Shown here: piece by piece, positions 46,710 through 58,540 of the stretch
How the letters are laid out: the number at the start of each line of letters is the position of its first letter
Numbering within the stretch: position 1 is the first letter of the stretch
Assembly: GCF_006345805.1 (NCBI RefSeq)
Contig: NW_021832854.1
Coordinates: 31,922-95,921, forward strand
DNA length: 64,000 nucleotides
Source: Octopus sinensis
Taxonomy: Eukaryota
Direction of reading: 5' to 3'
Notes under the pieces: generated by a model
Database searches by the model: none
Told to the model about the DNA's origin: nothing
Seen by the model: the letters and a program-made list of their open reading frames with translations, nothing else
Made by a program: the position numbers and the translations under genes

Positions 46710-49700
46710 AAAAGAAAAATTCTTATTTCTCAAGAATGCTTATCATACATTGGACCTTACTATAGTTTATCCATTTAAGTTATAGCTGTGAAGCTCTTGT
46801 TTAAAGTACCAACAGCAATTCTCAGCAGGTTTTGTTCAAAGGCCCTGTTTTGATTTTATAAACTCATCTGTGCTCCCCTTAGCACTAAATTACATTTATA
46901 ATTTGTGATATAAGTGTAATACTTTCAACATTTTCATTTTACACTATCCCCTTAATTTTTTATAATGCCTTTAAGGGGGAATTATAGCCCCCTTTTTTGA
47001 AATACTGTTCTAAGTTTACCATCTGTTGATACATTTTGAGAGGCTTATTGAGTAGCACATAGATTATTCTGTAAAACCAATCAAAATTTTAAAAAAATAC
47101 TGAGAATGGTAACTTTAATTGGATTCACTGTACTGAAATCTAATTTTAAATTACTGCATATCCAAAGCATTGAAAGTTACTAAACACAACTTAATTTCTG
47201 AATTTCATCAGTTATATACAGTTTTCTTCTTATTATTATTATTTGGTACTGGTATTTTAGGAATCATTTTCTTCTTAAAACTTTGGTAATTTTTAAAATT
47301 TGAAATTCTGTGTATCATTGTAACAATATTTTTCCTGTACCGCATTGATCAAGTCTAGCAGTTTATGAAAATAATTTGAAGTTTCGTGAATTTATTATGA
47401 ACAGATCTGACTTATTTCAAGCTTCTCTCTCTTAGAAAGTAAATAACTTGGGCCCTAGTTTCAAAATGTATCCATCAAAGTGAATTAAGAAAAAATTTTA
47501 GCTTAGATAACCAAGGCTGATTGTTTGTCGGTTATGATTATTTATTTATTTGTTTATCTATTTTACAGTCTTTGTTTTAGTCTAAAGTTGTTCTTCATGT
47601 CAAATATATTTAAAAAAAAAAAAAGTAATGTTTGCAGTTAATTACAAATTAAATAAATAGTTTGAATTCTTCCTAACTTACAGAAAATGTAATGTGATGT
47701 GTTTGAGTTGATAATTAATGTAAAGAAGTTTATCATGTTAGAAATCCTATTGGTAGTGATACAAGTCATACAAGCTGTTTGATGTTTTCCCTCTTCATTT
47801 CATAAAAACATCTCATATTTGAAAGTTATTTTGTTCTTGTTTATTCTGCTAGTCTCATTATGTATAACAGATACAGTTTTAAAATCTTTTATCTTCCAAT
47901 GACACCTTTTCAGAGCCTCCCTAACTGATGGGAGGAAGTCATCTTCAGACTAGTGATCTGGCTTAAATGCTTCCAACAGAATGGACTCTAATAATAGCAC
48001 CCAAGGGTTAAATAAGATAATGGAATTAAGTTTACCACCAAAGAAAGTGTGTCCTTTCTTTGCCAAGGCAGAAAACTGACAAATTTGTTTGTGTTACTTT
48101 GTTTTTCTCAATCATTTCTCATCAAGTACACAAATTTAACAAAGACAAAGTACACTGTAGTAAACTTGCTGTCATTGTAAATATTCTGAAACTGGACTTC
48201 AGACCATTTCCATTGCTTCACTTTCCATACTATCAGTTATTTGTGATGTAATATCTCTTTTCAGTACTGTACTTAGAACTCAAAGTTGTTGAAAATAGTT
48301 CTGCCATAATCCTTTGATTTGAAGTAAAAGCTTGTTTTTCAACTCTTTCAGAGTTTTTAGTTACAAATTCATTCAACAGTCTTGTGCCTTTTAGGAAAGT
48401 AGGAAATGTTCTCCACCTCCCATTCCACTTTGTATTATTTGCCAATATTTTCAGATTATTCCATCTCTCTTTTACATTTACCATATTTTTACTATAATTT
48501 CACTGTTTTTCTTTAAATATATTTTATGTATTTTATTCTCTTAAATCTCTTCCCTCATTCTCTCCATTTCATTGTAAACTGATACCAGCCTCTCTCCCTT
48601 CTTCAGAGTCTTTTGATATAGACTAATTGGCTTGGTGATAAAAACAGATGCTTTATTTTATTTATACTACTCTACATCTGTTGCATCTTTCAACATAACC
48701 TTGTGCATGCCCCTCATTTCCTCCCCTTCCTCAACATCGTTTCTGGTAGGAGGGATAAATGATATTATTCTGTATCTGTTCACTACCATGTACTTTGAAA
48801 ACAAGGGGAAATGGGTAGTTAGGGATGTCCTGATGAGTTTTGTTACCAGTCAAGTTTCCCTTCTGTATTCTGCCAGCTCTGTATTTTAAATCAATAAACT
48901 CTGGAACTTCATATGGAAGGGCTGACTCTCTGCAAAATTTCAATATTCCCTTCTTATATTTACTTAGTTCTGCAAGATCAAAAATAGATGGGATGGTATG
49001 ATATTGTATTTATAAAACTAATTCATATTTCTGATATCAGTGTTTTGTTTTTATTTTGTATTTCTTTATAATAAATATTTATTTTATATTTGGTGTTATT
49101 GAAGCACTGTCAAGTTTAGTCAGGGATTATCAGAATGGATTTAGATAAATAATGGAGTGCTAGAGTCTGGTTTTCATAGGAAAGCTTAGTACAAAATTAT
49201 TTTCACCTTTTATAAAAGTAGTAATATCTGTTACAAAACCATAAGTGGAAAACGATATTAATTCATACATTTCCAGATTTTGCTATAATTTATGTAAGAA
49301 AATAAGATCCATTAAATATATTTTGTATTTTTATTGTTTCTCATACCATTTGCATATGCCTCATATGTCTTAAAATAATGTGTGCATGTGTAACCCTGAT
49401 ACAGGGATGAATTCACAAATGTTTATTGCAATCCACAACTTTCAACATCTTCTGCATTACAATTAAAGATACTGATTGCTTCACAAACATTTTTGACTAG
49501 TCAGTTTTCCAAACCTGAAGGTAATGTGTGAGCTGAAGTTTTTTCAATGTTTGATTGTCACATTCAAAATTTTTCCATTTTCCATTTTATATTTAGGGAG
49601 AAATTTTTTCCTGTATTTGTAAATAACATTTCACCAACAGTTAAATATCAATGTGCCTTTGTTAAAGTATTGGGTACTTTGAAAGTATTAAGTTCTACAA

Positions 49701-49984
49701 ACATCAAACATATTGATTTATTACCATGGAAAATAAAATTTAAAAAGTATTATAAAGTACTTTTATTTAGTTAATTATCAAAATTTAAAATGTTAACAAA
49801 TAAAAGTTGAAAAGTCTGGGATATTTTTGGCTGAATCTATAAATATTCATAGCATTTAACATCAATCAAAACAGTGGGAACAGTACCTGTGATCTTTGCA
49901 GGTTCTCAAGGTCTGGTGAAATTGATGCCGTTGATGTTCAGGAAAAATTAGGGAAAGTGTTTATCTTCAGAACTCTTGATTTAA

Positions 49985-50204
49985 CCCTTTAGCATTTAAA
50001 CTGACCATGTCCAGCCCAAATATTCTACCATGTCCGTGTTCAAACTGACCAGATCTAGCCTCTCACACCTACACTTCTAAGTCATTTAATAAATAAACAG
50101 TCACATCATCAAAATCTCAAAGCAACTTGTTAAAACATGATAATTTCAAAACAATGTGAATAAGTAGTCATTACATTTGATAGAAGAATCTGAAAGCTAA
50201 AGAA
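49985..50204. mobile_element. piggyBac-type MITE
   Basis: TTAA (49981-49984) followed by ccctttagcatt; degenerate right TIR gaaagctaaagaa followed by TTAA (50205-50208). Confidence 0.7.
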
Positions 50205-50357
50205 TTAATGTCACCTCTAATATTTTCTCAGTATCTTATATTGAAATATTTTCAAACATATATTTACGCATCCCATTTTGTTTGTCCATGCCATATGCTG
50301 AAAGTCCTTAAAAGCAATTTATCACATATATATTTTATTAACTTTTTCTTCTTGTAG

Positions 50358-50443
50358 ATGAGATTTGTATATAATATAACAACCTGGAATGAGAAAAAGC
50401 CTGCTCTTTACCATGGACATTTGGCTTATGTAGACTTTGCCAA
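50358..50443 (+). CDS. HS2ST1: HS2ST1 coding exon (86 bp, phase 0-2)
   Basis: Acceptor ttcttcttgtAG, donor GTAAGT at 50444. Encodes MRFVYNITTWNEKKPALYHGHLAYVDFA(K), matching vertebrate VRFVKNITSWKEMKPGFYHGHVSYLDFAK; in frame with the preceding exon. Confidence 0.95.
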
Positions 50444-51129
50444 GTAAGTGTCAAATCATTTTAATTGTAATATATTCTTAAATGTTCTATTCCTTTTCCT
50501 TTGTTTTCAGTTTATCTTTTTTTTTAAATAGTTTTGCACTTACTCAACTTCTCCCTTTCTTTCTCTTTCTCTCCCCTCACTCCTCCCTCTCTCTGCTGTA
50601 TTATTTGCTTTTTTTTCCTCTTTAGACACATACGTAAATGTGTATATCTCCACAACTTGAAGATATGCAAAAGAGATACTTGTAGATCAGGCAAATACAT
50701 GTTCATAAGAGCACAAAATAATTTATTATAATATAAACAATGCACAGCATCTGATATATGACTGACAGCTTGGCTGTTGCTGTAGAAACAATTGTAAACA
50801 TTCTTTCAATCTATTTTTTTCCTACCAAGATGATGACCATTACTTTCTGTTGTTTCTGTTCATCAACTGTTATCTAACCTTTTTAGTCTGAGTAGACATG
50901 GAAGAAATCCAGTCTCTCTTATTCAGAAGTAGATATAACCAGATTTCTACAAACAGAATGATTATGGATTGCCAATAGAAGGTTGTCATTGAAAATAGGA
51001 TATCCTGGAATTGCTGAAATAGAATGTTGACTCTCATGACTAACAAGATTATTAAGCTAAATTGTTATAAGTGAAGCAGGATGTTACAAAGGTTTCTATT
51101 GTAATAACACTCTGCTTAGGACATTGTCT

Positions 51130-52075
51130 ATTTGAAATGTATTAGAAAAATTATGCAATGTTCTAGTATGTGGAAAAACAAACAAATCACAAGTCCCTTC
51201 AAAGAGATGGCCCTGCTCAATATGTAGAAATTCCATTAGGTGTACCCAGTGCAGCAGTATCAGAGGAAGGTTAACTGAGAAAGTAGTCTTTGTGTATGGC
51301 AGATGTGCGGGTACAATGAACTCTAGGAATGTACTGAAAATAGACTTTGTCAAATACCCAGTAGGATACTTAGAAGTAGTAGATAGCTTCCATTATCTAG
51401 GTGACCAAGTTAGCAGTAGAGGACAATGAGCCAAGAGCATGGCTGGTAGAATAAGAATGGGCTACTTTTATTCGGAGAGAATAGCAGATTGTATGATGCT
51501 ACATGCCAATGAAATGTGGGCTGTGATTGTAGAGGATATGCGAAGGCTTGAAAGAAATGAAGCTAGTATGTTCCAATGGATGTGCAATGTTAGTGTGCAT
51601 CTACCACATAGTGTATGTGTCTTAAGAAAAATTTGTGTATAAGAGGCATCAGATGTACTGTGCAAAAAGAGAAGACTGCCCTGGTATGGTCATGTGATGA
51701 GTATGGATGAGAGCTGCATAAAGAAGTGTTGATCTCTAATTGTGGAAGAAACCTGTGGAAGAGGTAGGCCCAGGAAGATATGGAACAAGGTGTTGAAATA
51801 TAATCTTCCGTTGTTGAGTCTCGGAGGTGATGACAAGTCACTGAAACTTCTGGTAGTTTACTGTGCTTGTGAAGACATGTCAAGCTAAGTGAAATCATTA
51901 TCATAGCTAGTGCCAGTGACATGTAGAAGGTACTTGTGCCAGTGTCACTTAAAAGGCACCTGTGCCAGTGACACATAAAAGGCACCTGTGCCAGTGACAC
52001 ATAAAATGCATCTGTGCCAGTTGTACAGAAAAGGCACCTGTGTCAGTTGCACTGAAAAGCACCTGTGCCAGTGTT
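51130..52075 (+). mobile_element. RTE LINE 3' fragment with a 26-bp tandem array in the 3' UTR
   Basis: WPCSICR..IRCTQC, EVVDSFHYLGDQ, RRLERNEASMFQWMCNV, WYGHVM and GRGRPRKIW; array gtgccagtg...aaaaggcacct with about 6 copies at 51910-52073. Confidence 0.82.
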
Positions 52076-52384
52076 TCAGTGTGTTTGTTTGTTTGTCCAT
52101 GGACATGGTATTTCAAGAACCTTGTTTGGCCTTGTGACTCACATGAACCGGTTAGATTTTGGGAACGATCTGCTACCAGACAAAGATTCTGGATTATTTT
52201 TCTAGTTTTTTACTGAATTTTTGAGAGCGGTTGGATTCATTTTCAGTATTCTCATTTGTGAGAGCAGTCAGATATTCTCATTTTAAAAATCATCTCTGGC
52301 TACTCGTTGAGAGGATGTTGGTGTTGCCTTGGTGGAGGTTTGCACTCTCTGATTGCTCTTATCACTATTATTATTTAAGGCAGA

Positions 52385-52560
52385 AATGTTTAGCAGTATT
52401 TTACCCGTTACTATGTTCTGGGTTCAAATTCTGCCAAGATCAACTTCGTCTTTCATCTTTTGGGGGGTCAATAAAATAAGTAGCAGTTAAACAGTGGGGT
52501 TAGTGTCCCCTCCCCCAAAATTGCTGCTCTTGTGGAAAAATTTGAAACTATTATTATTAT
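52385..52560 (+). mobile_element. Third-family SINE with (ATT)n tail
   Basis: tctgggttcaaattctgccaagatcaacttcgtctttcatcttttggggggtcaataaaataagtagcag...cccctcccccaaaattg...(att)n. Confidence 0.7.
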
Positions 52561-54854
52561 TATCATTATTATTATTATTATTATTACTATTATTATTATT
52601 ATTATACTAAGAATAAATTAGATAGAAGCTATTGCTAAATAATTATTTATTATTTTATTTACTTTCTTTTTTATAAGCCGCTTTTCTCTTTTCTCAATTC
52701 TTTTGCTAGATTGACTTAAACCTCACCCAATTTTTTATTATTATTGTAATTTTATAATATATAAAATTAAAACATTCTTATTAATGTTATTCTGTATATA
52801 ATATCACTTAGTAGTTTTTTTATGTTGTCAAAATTCTAGAAAAATTTGTCTTCTCTTCATTCTATCCACTTCTAACCAACTATCCTTGGTTATTTGTAGG
52901 TCTCTCTCCTCACCTCACCTACATTGATTTAAAAAAATTTTTTATTTCTTTTGGCACACTTTTTGTTGTACTAATCTGTTTCTAGCTCTTTGTTAGTCTT
53001 GCCCACTCTCCTGTTCTACTTTTTTTTCTTTTTTCCACACTTTTCATTCCCTTATGTGCTTGTCATTGGTTTTTCACTTTTATTTGTTCTATTTTCTGCT
53101 TGGTTTTTCCTTTCCTTTCTTATTCTCCTTTACTCTTTGTATGTATTTTTTAGTTTCCTTTGCATTCTTTCACTCCTGCATACTCTCCCACGTTACACTC
53201 ACAACTAAAATGTATTGAAGACAAAAGTCCTGAAATAATTGTTATCCAACAGATAGGTTTGCAATGTTCTTAAGCCAATAACTTAGAGTGTAATTCTCTC
53301 ACCTTATCATAGACATACTCTTCACTACCACAATAATATTAGTATTGGATTTTATTTTTATATTTGGAGGTATAGAAGTGATGCTTATGGCTCCCCTCAC
53401 ACACACACCTTTTGTTTTTACTGGAGTATTTTGAATAGCTAATGCTTTCTTTGAACTCTTCAAGGTTTATAAGAAAGAGGACGTTTGTGAAGGATGGTAT
53501 TTTGGAAGGGTTGAGGATGATGTTCAATAGTGCCCGCAGAAAAATATAACTCAATAGGGACAATGGGAGGTAAAAATGAAAATGCATGTTGAAAAAAATG
53601 GCTTTTTTTCTTACTCCAACCATTCATAATATTCATTTTGTGATAGATCATTGTAGTTGTAATTAAGTTGAAATTGTTTTATTTCAGGAATTAGTGAAAT
53701 AGTATGTTCCTCAATGTGAGACAGTTATATAGCATATTGAGTCTAAGATGTTCAATCCAGCAAACCTTACGTTTTCTACACGCAGTAGAATAATTTAATT
53801 TAATTCTGTGGGGGAAAAAAATCTAATCAAAGATAAGAATATGGAAATTTATATTTACTACTATATTTATATATCTGGAGCCACAGATCTGTTATTCAAA
53901 TTGCATCTCTCATTCCAGTGAAATTCATTACCCTTTACATCTACTGATATTTGAAAAATTGTTTGGGATAAATATAATTTCAACAATTAATTGATATTGG
54001 GGAAAAGACTGATTATCTGCATTGTAGCAATATAGTAGTGTATTTGTAAGTTTTAGCTTAAAAAACATTCTGTCTTGAAAAAAATTAAGGTAAAAAAATA
54101 CAATTGTATTCATTTGAAGTAAAAAAAAAATAGAGCTATTAAATTCACAAAACTACAGATTTCTTTAATGTATGACACCCAGCGGCTGCAGCACAATATT
54201 AGTGCTATGTGTCTTTGTATATATACTTTTCTTTTGTTTTTGAGTAACAGTTTAGCATTTGAAATAGTTGAATTTGTTCCACTTTATAAGATTCACTTTC
54301 TAAATCATTTGACACATGCTGGAGTCATTCTGTTTACTTCTTGTATTAGTCTCATAATGCTTAGTGAAACAGTTGGGTGTTTTCTAAATTATCCAACAGT
54401 GTTTCTACTTTTTGTTAGTTGTATTTGAAACTTTCACATTGGTCATGCTGGTCTAGGGAAACTGAAACAACAACTAGAATTGGAGTGAGTGACAGATGTG
54501 CTAAATGCTTGTGAACTGTATTTCCAGTATTCTAAACAAAATGTAACTAAATTTTTATCGTAAATTATATTCATTTTACCAGTTTCACACACACACACAC
54601 ACACACAGTTAATTCAGTACTTGTACAATTCACCTAGAAGGTTTCCACTTGTGGTTGCTTATCAACCATAGCCATCTTGAGCTAGTTTCAGCTGCTGGGC
54701 TTTTTTCCTCGGTGTCTTTTTCCAGTTGTCTGGGTTCCAGACCTAACATCTACCAGAAATAGTACACTGATATCAGTGGAAAGCCACACGTGTGTGTGTG
54801 CACACTCTCACGCAGATGTGTGTGTGTGTGTGTATATATATATATACATACATA

Positions 54855-55747
54855 CTAGCTGACGTACCTGGTAATTCCCAGAAAAGTGGGGCTTATCCCT
54901 TGGTTCCATTCTCATAATTGTTTTGCTAATCCAATAACAACAATACAAGGTATATAGCCCTTAAAACAGTTTTTGTGCATTTACAGAGAATACTGAATTG
55001 TTTTACACAGGATCTTGTTCTTAGGAATTCCAAATAAGTTATGAATACCTAAATTGTGAAGTCAGTTATGTAATAACATGAAATTAGTTACCCGATAGTA
55101 AGAATTCAAATAAAGTAGTCCCGAAAAGGGCTTTAATGCATTCCCAGAGTATATAGAACATAGGAGGAAATACTAATAAGGTATGTATACTAAAATCATG
55201 AAGCATGTTACATAATAACAGGCTAATCAGATATGAGATAATAACAATTCAAAGTAAATAACTCTGAAAAGGGCTTTTGTGCATTCCCACAGAATATTAC
55301 CCTTAGGGGTGCTAGTGTTGGTATATTCATAAATGAGTCACTAACTAAAATAGGTGGATCTGTTGTTTAGGAAAATGCTATTTACTTGTTTAAGGGTTGT
55401 ACTGGATAAATTGTGAAAATAACCCTAACAGTGGAAATACTAAGAAATACGCCTACTTAATTTCATTTTTACCGAATAATTTAGGAAATGAATGGGCTAT
55501 TTCCCTTGGTTATATATGAGGATCCCCTTCAGGGGCGAATGGGTTATTTCCCTTGGTTTTTAAAATAAAATATTTGAGATATATATATAAGGATCCCGTC
55601 CAGGGGCTATATTTTTCAACAGTCTGTGTATGCCATGAAGTTTCCAGATATGAGTTGTACTTGTGTGTCAAGTTTCATCAAAATCAGTAAAACGACGTAA
55701 GAGGAGTTAGCTAACAACTCCACAAACACACACCTTCTTCAGTTAGA
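54855..55747 (-). mobile_element. Non-autonomous Helitron with internal imperfect tandem repeats
   Basis: Minus strand A^TCTAACTGAAG 5' end, a ...gattttgatgaaacttgacacac motif shared with copy A, and a 3' ...ctgggaattaccaggtacgtcagCTAG^T end; duplicated gaaaagggcttt..tgcattccca and aatggg(c/t)tatttcccttggtt blocks. Confidence 0.7.
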
Positions 55748-56127
55748 TTTACCTGGACAATATTTCAAATGTTGCTACATCAATGCCAGTATACTCACCT
55801 GAACGCCTAGCCGTTAACAGAACCAAGAACAGTGAAAAATTAAATACTTTCCGGTCAAATAAAGCACTGTAAGGGTAGAAGTATAAATATAGAGTAGTGG
55901 TACTACAACAAGGCACCAATGTTTACTGGAAATAGCAGTTGATAAATTTATGACGCTATAGTAAAGGTTCACTGTATGTATACTGGCAAAGACGTGTGAG
56001 GGCAGCAAACATAAAAAATTTCATCTTAGCTCTAGGAAGAACATTAGATAAATGGACAACCCAGAATCAGATAATCTAGTACCTAGGTTTGAGACTTTTC
56101 AAATACGTTTGTTATCATAAATTTGAT

Positions 56128-58540
56128 TAGTCTTCTTCAGCTGGCATGAGTTGGACAGTTTGACTGGGGTTGGTAAGCTGGAAGGCTGCACCAGACTCCA
56201 GTTTGATTTGGCATGGTTTTCTACAGCTGGATGCACTTCCTACTGCCAACCACTCTGAAAGTGTAATGGTTGCTTTTACATGCCACCGGCAAAAGTGCCA
56301 TTTACAACTGTGATTTTGCTTGACTTGATGGGTCTTCTCAAGCACAACATAATGCCAAAGATTTGGGTCTCCGTCTTCCACAGGTTCCCTCCACAGTTAG
56401 AGATCGGCACTTCTTTACACAGCTGTCCTCGTCCATCACGTCTGATGCCTCTTATGCCTAACTTTTCTTTCAAGATGCTTACACTCTGTCAAACATGCAC
56501 ACTGACATTGCACATCCAGCAAAGCATACTGGCTTCATTTCTTTCGAGCCTACACATACCCTCAGCTGTCAATGCCCATTTTTCAATGTCATGTAATATA
56601 GCTGTTCGCACACAGGCATCATGCAATCTGTCTTTCACTTTAAGAGAGAGGCCCTTTATTGCCAATAGAGATAGGAGCTCTCTGAATTTTGCCCAGCCTA
56701 ATCTTATTCTCACAACTATGCTCTCAGAGCATCCCCCTCCACTACTAACTTGGTCACCTAGATAATGGACGCTATCAACTTCCTCTAGCTTGCCCTCTGT
56801 ATTTTCTGCACATTTTCAGCTTTTATTGAACCTGTGCACCTTCCACCTACAAAAGCTAGTTTCCTTGTTAGCCTTCTTCTGATATTACTGCACCATTTAT
56901 GTGTTCATAGCTTACACCAGGTGCATCTTATGGAGTTTCTACCTATGCCTTTTTTTACAGATTGAGCAGGGCCATCTACCTGAAAGGATTTGTGATTTGT
57001 CTGCTTTCCTAGTTACTAAGACTTTAGGTTTTGCTAGGTTAACTCTAAGGACCTTTGATTCTAGACCTTGCTTCCATATCTGAAACTTCTTCTCTAGTTC
57101 TGGTTGTGAGTCAGCTATAGAAACAAGGTCATCAGCATAGAGGAGCACCCAGGGGGCATCTGTCTTAAATTCCTCTATATTACCCAGGGAACTAGATGAA
57201 CAAGAGGGGCCTGAGGACTGATCCTTGGTGAACCCGAACTTGTACCCTGAATTCTTCGCTATACTTATTGCCAACCCTCACTTTAGTGGTAGCATCCCTG
57301 TACATGACTTGTACAACTCTCCCCAATCACTCATCTATCCCTAGTTTGGATATCCCTGCATTGGCCACCAGATGAGGGATCAGGGGACCCTGCCAAAGGC
57401 TTTCTCCAAGTCAACAAAGAGCAAGTACAGAGGTTTGTCTTTGGTTATGTATTTCTCCTGCAGCTGTCTTATCAGAAATATAGCATCACTGGTGCTTCTC
57501 CCTGGCACAAAACCAAACTACATTTCATCTATGCTAACTCTTGTCCCTAATTAGTTGAGCTATGAGTATCTCCATAACTTTTGTCACCTGATCCAACAAT
57601 TTGATACCTCTGCTATTATTTCTATCTAAGCCATCACCTTTACCTTTGTAGCAGTTGACTATGATGCAGGTACACCAGTCATTGGGTATGACTCCTTTGT
57701 GGATCACCTGATTTACAGTACAGGGGATTATACCATAATCCACACTGCCAGATATTTTAAGCATCTCAGCAGTGATTCCTGATGGACTTTCCCTATCTTC
57801 ATATCCTTAATTGCTTTATCTACGAAGGTACTGTCAATTCGGGCAGCTGGTCCCTCAATTGGCTCAACATTTGGCAGATTATATTCCTCCCATTCATTCT
57901 CCACATTCAGCAGTTTTTCATAATGGCATTTCCAAGTCTCTTTCTTTGCAAAATCATTAAATGCAAGTGCACCATCATCCATGCAGACACATTTCTCTAC
58001 TATGACATCATGATTTCCTCTCACACACTGCCTTGTAACCTGAAACACTTCAGTTCTTTGATTCTTATGTCACTGAACATAGGCAAACCTCTTCTTTTCT
58101 GCTTCTCTCCTTGCTAGATATACCTGTCGCTTAGCTTCTCTCCTGGCTATCTGATACAGTTCCTACTCTCCACTCTTCCAGTCCTTTCAGGCCTGTTTCT
58201 TTGCTCTAATGGCCTGTTCTACCACCACATTACCCTAGGACAGGAATTCCCAGTTGCCCTCTGTGTCACAAGATTGTAGCTCCTCCTCCCTTTCATCAAA
58301 TTTCTCAGTTAGAATGTTTCTAAATCTCTGACCACATGAAGGATCCTCAAATTTCCAAATCCTTCTTTTCCAGATTAGTCTGCTTCTGAGCATCCTCCTA
58401 GCCTGGAGTCTAAAATCACTAATGACTAATCTATGCTGGTGATGGTGGTGGGGATGATGTATTTTACTATCTCTTTGCCTTGACATCAGGCAATAGTTGT
58501 AAGGAAGTCTCACTCTCATGCAAGAGGTGTTCTTTGTTTC
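56128..58540 (-). mobile_element. RTE LINE, 5'-truncated and decayed (end of EN, RT and 3' UTR)
   Basis: ORFs 58235-58519, 57728-58048, 57534-57764 (YKGKGD.LDRNN.RGIKLLDQ), 56939-57274 (LLYADDLV...RWPCSIC) and 56489-56713. Confidence 0.9.

Noticed and set aside
51910-52073. CRISPR-like array
   Set aside because: The units are head-to-tail with no unique spacers, there are no cas genes, the context is eukaryotic, and it belongs to an RTE 3' UTR.
53339-53760. Purine-rich open stretch and an AG acceptor-like site at about 53685 as a possible exon
   Set aside because: No similarity to HS2ST1 in any frame, and early stops follow the acceptor.
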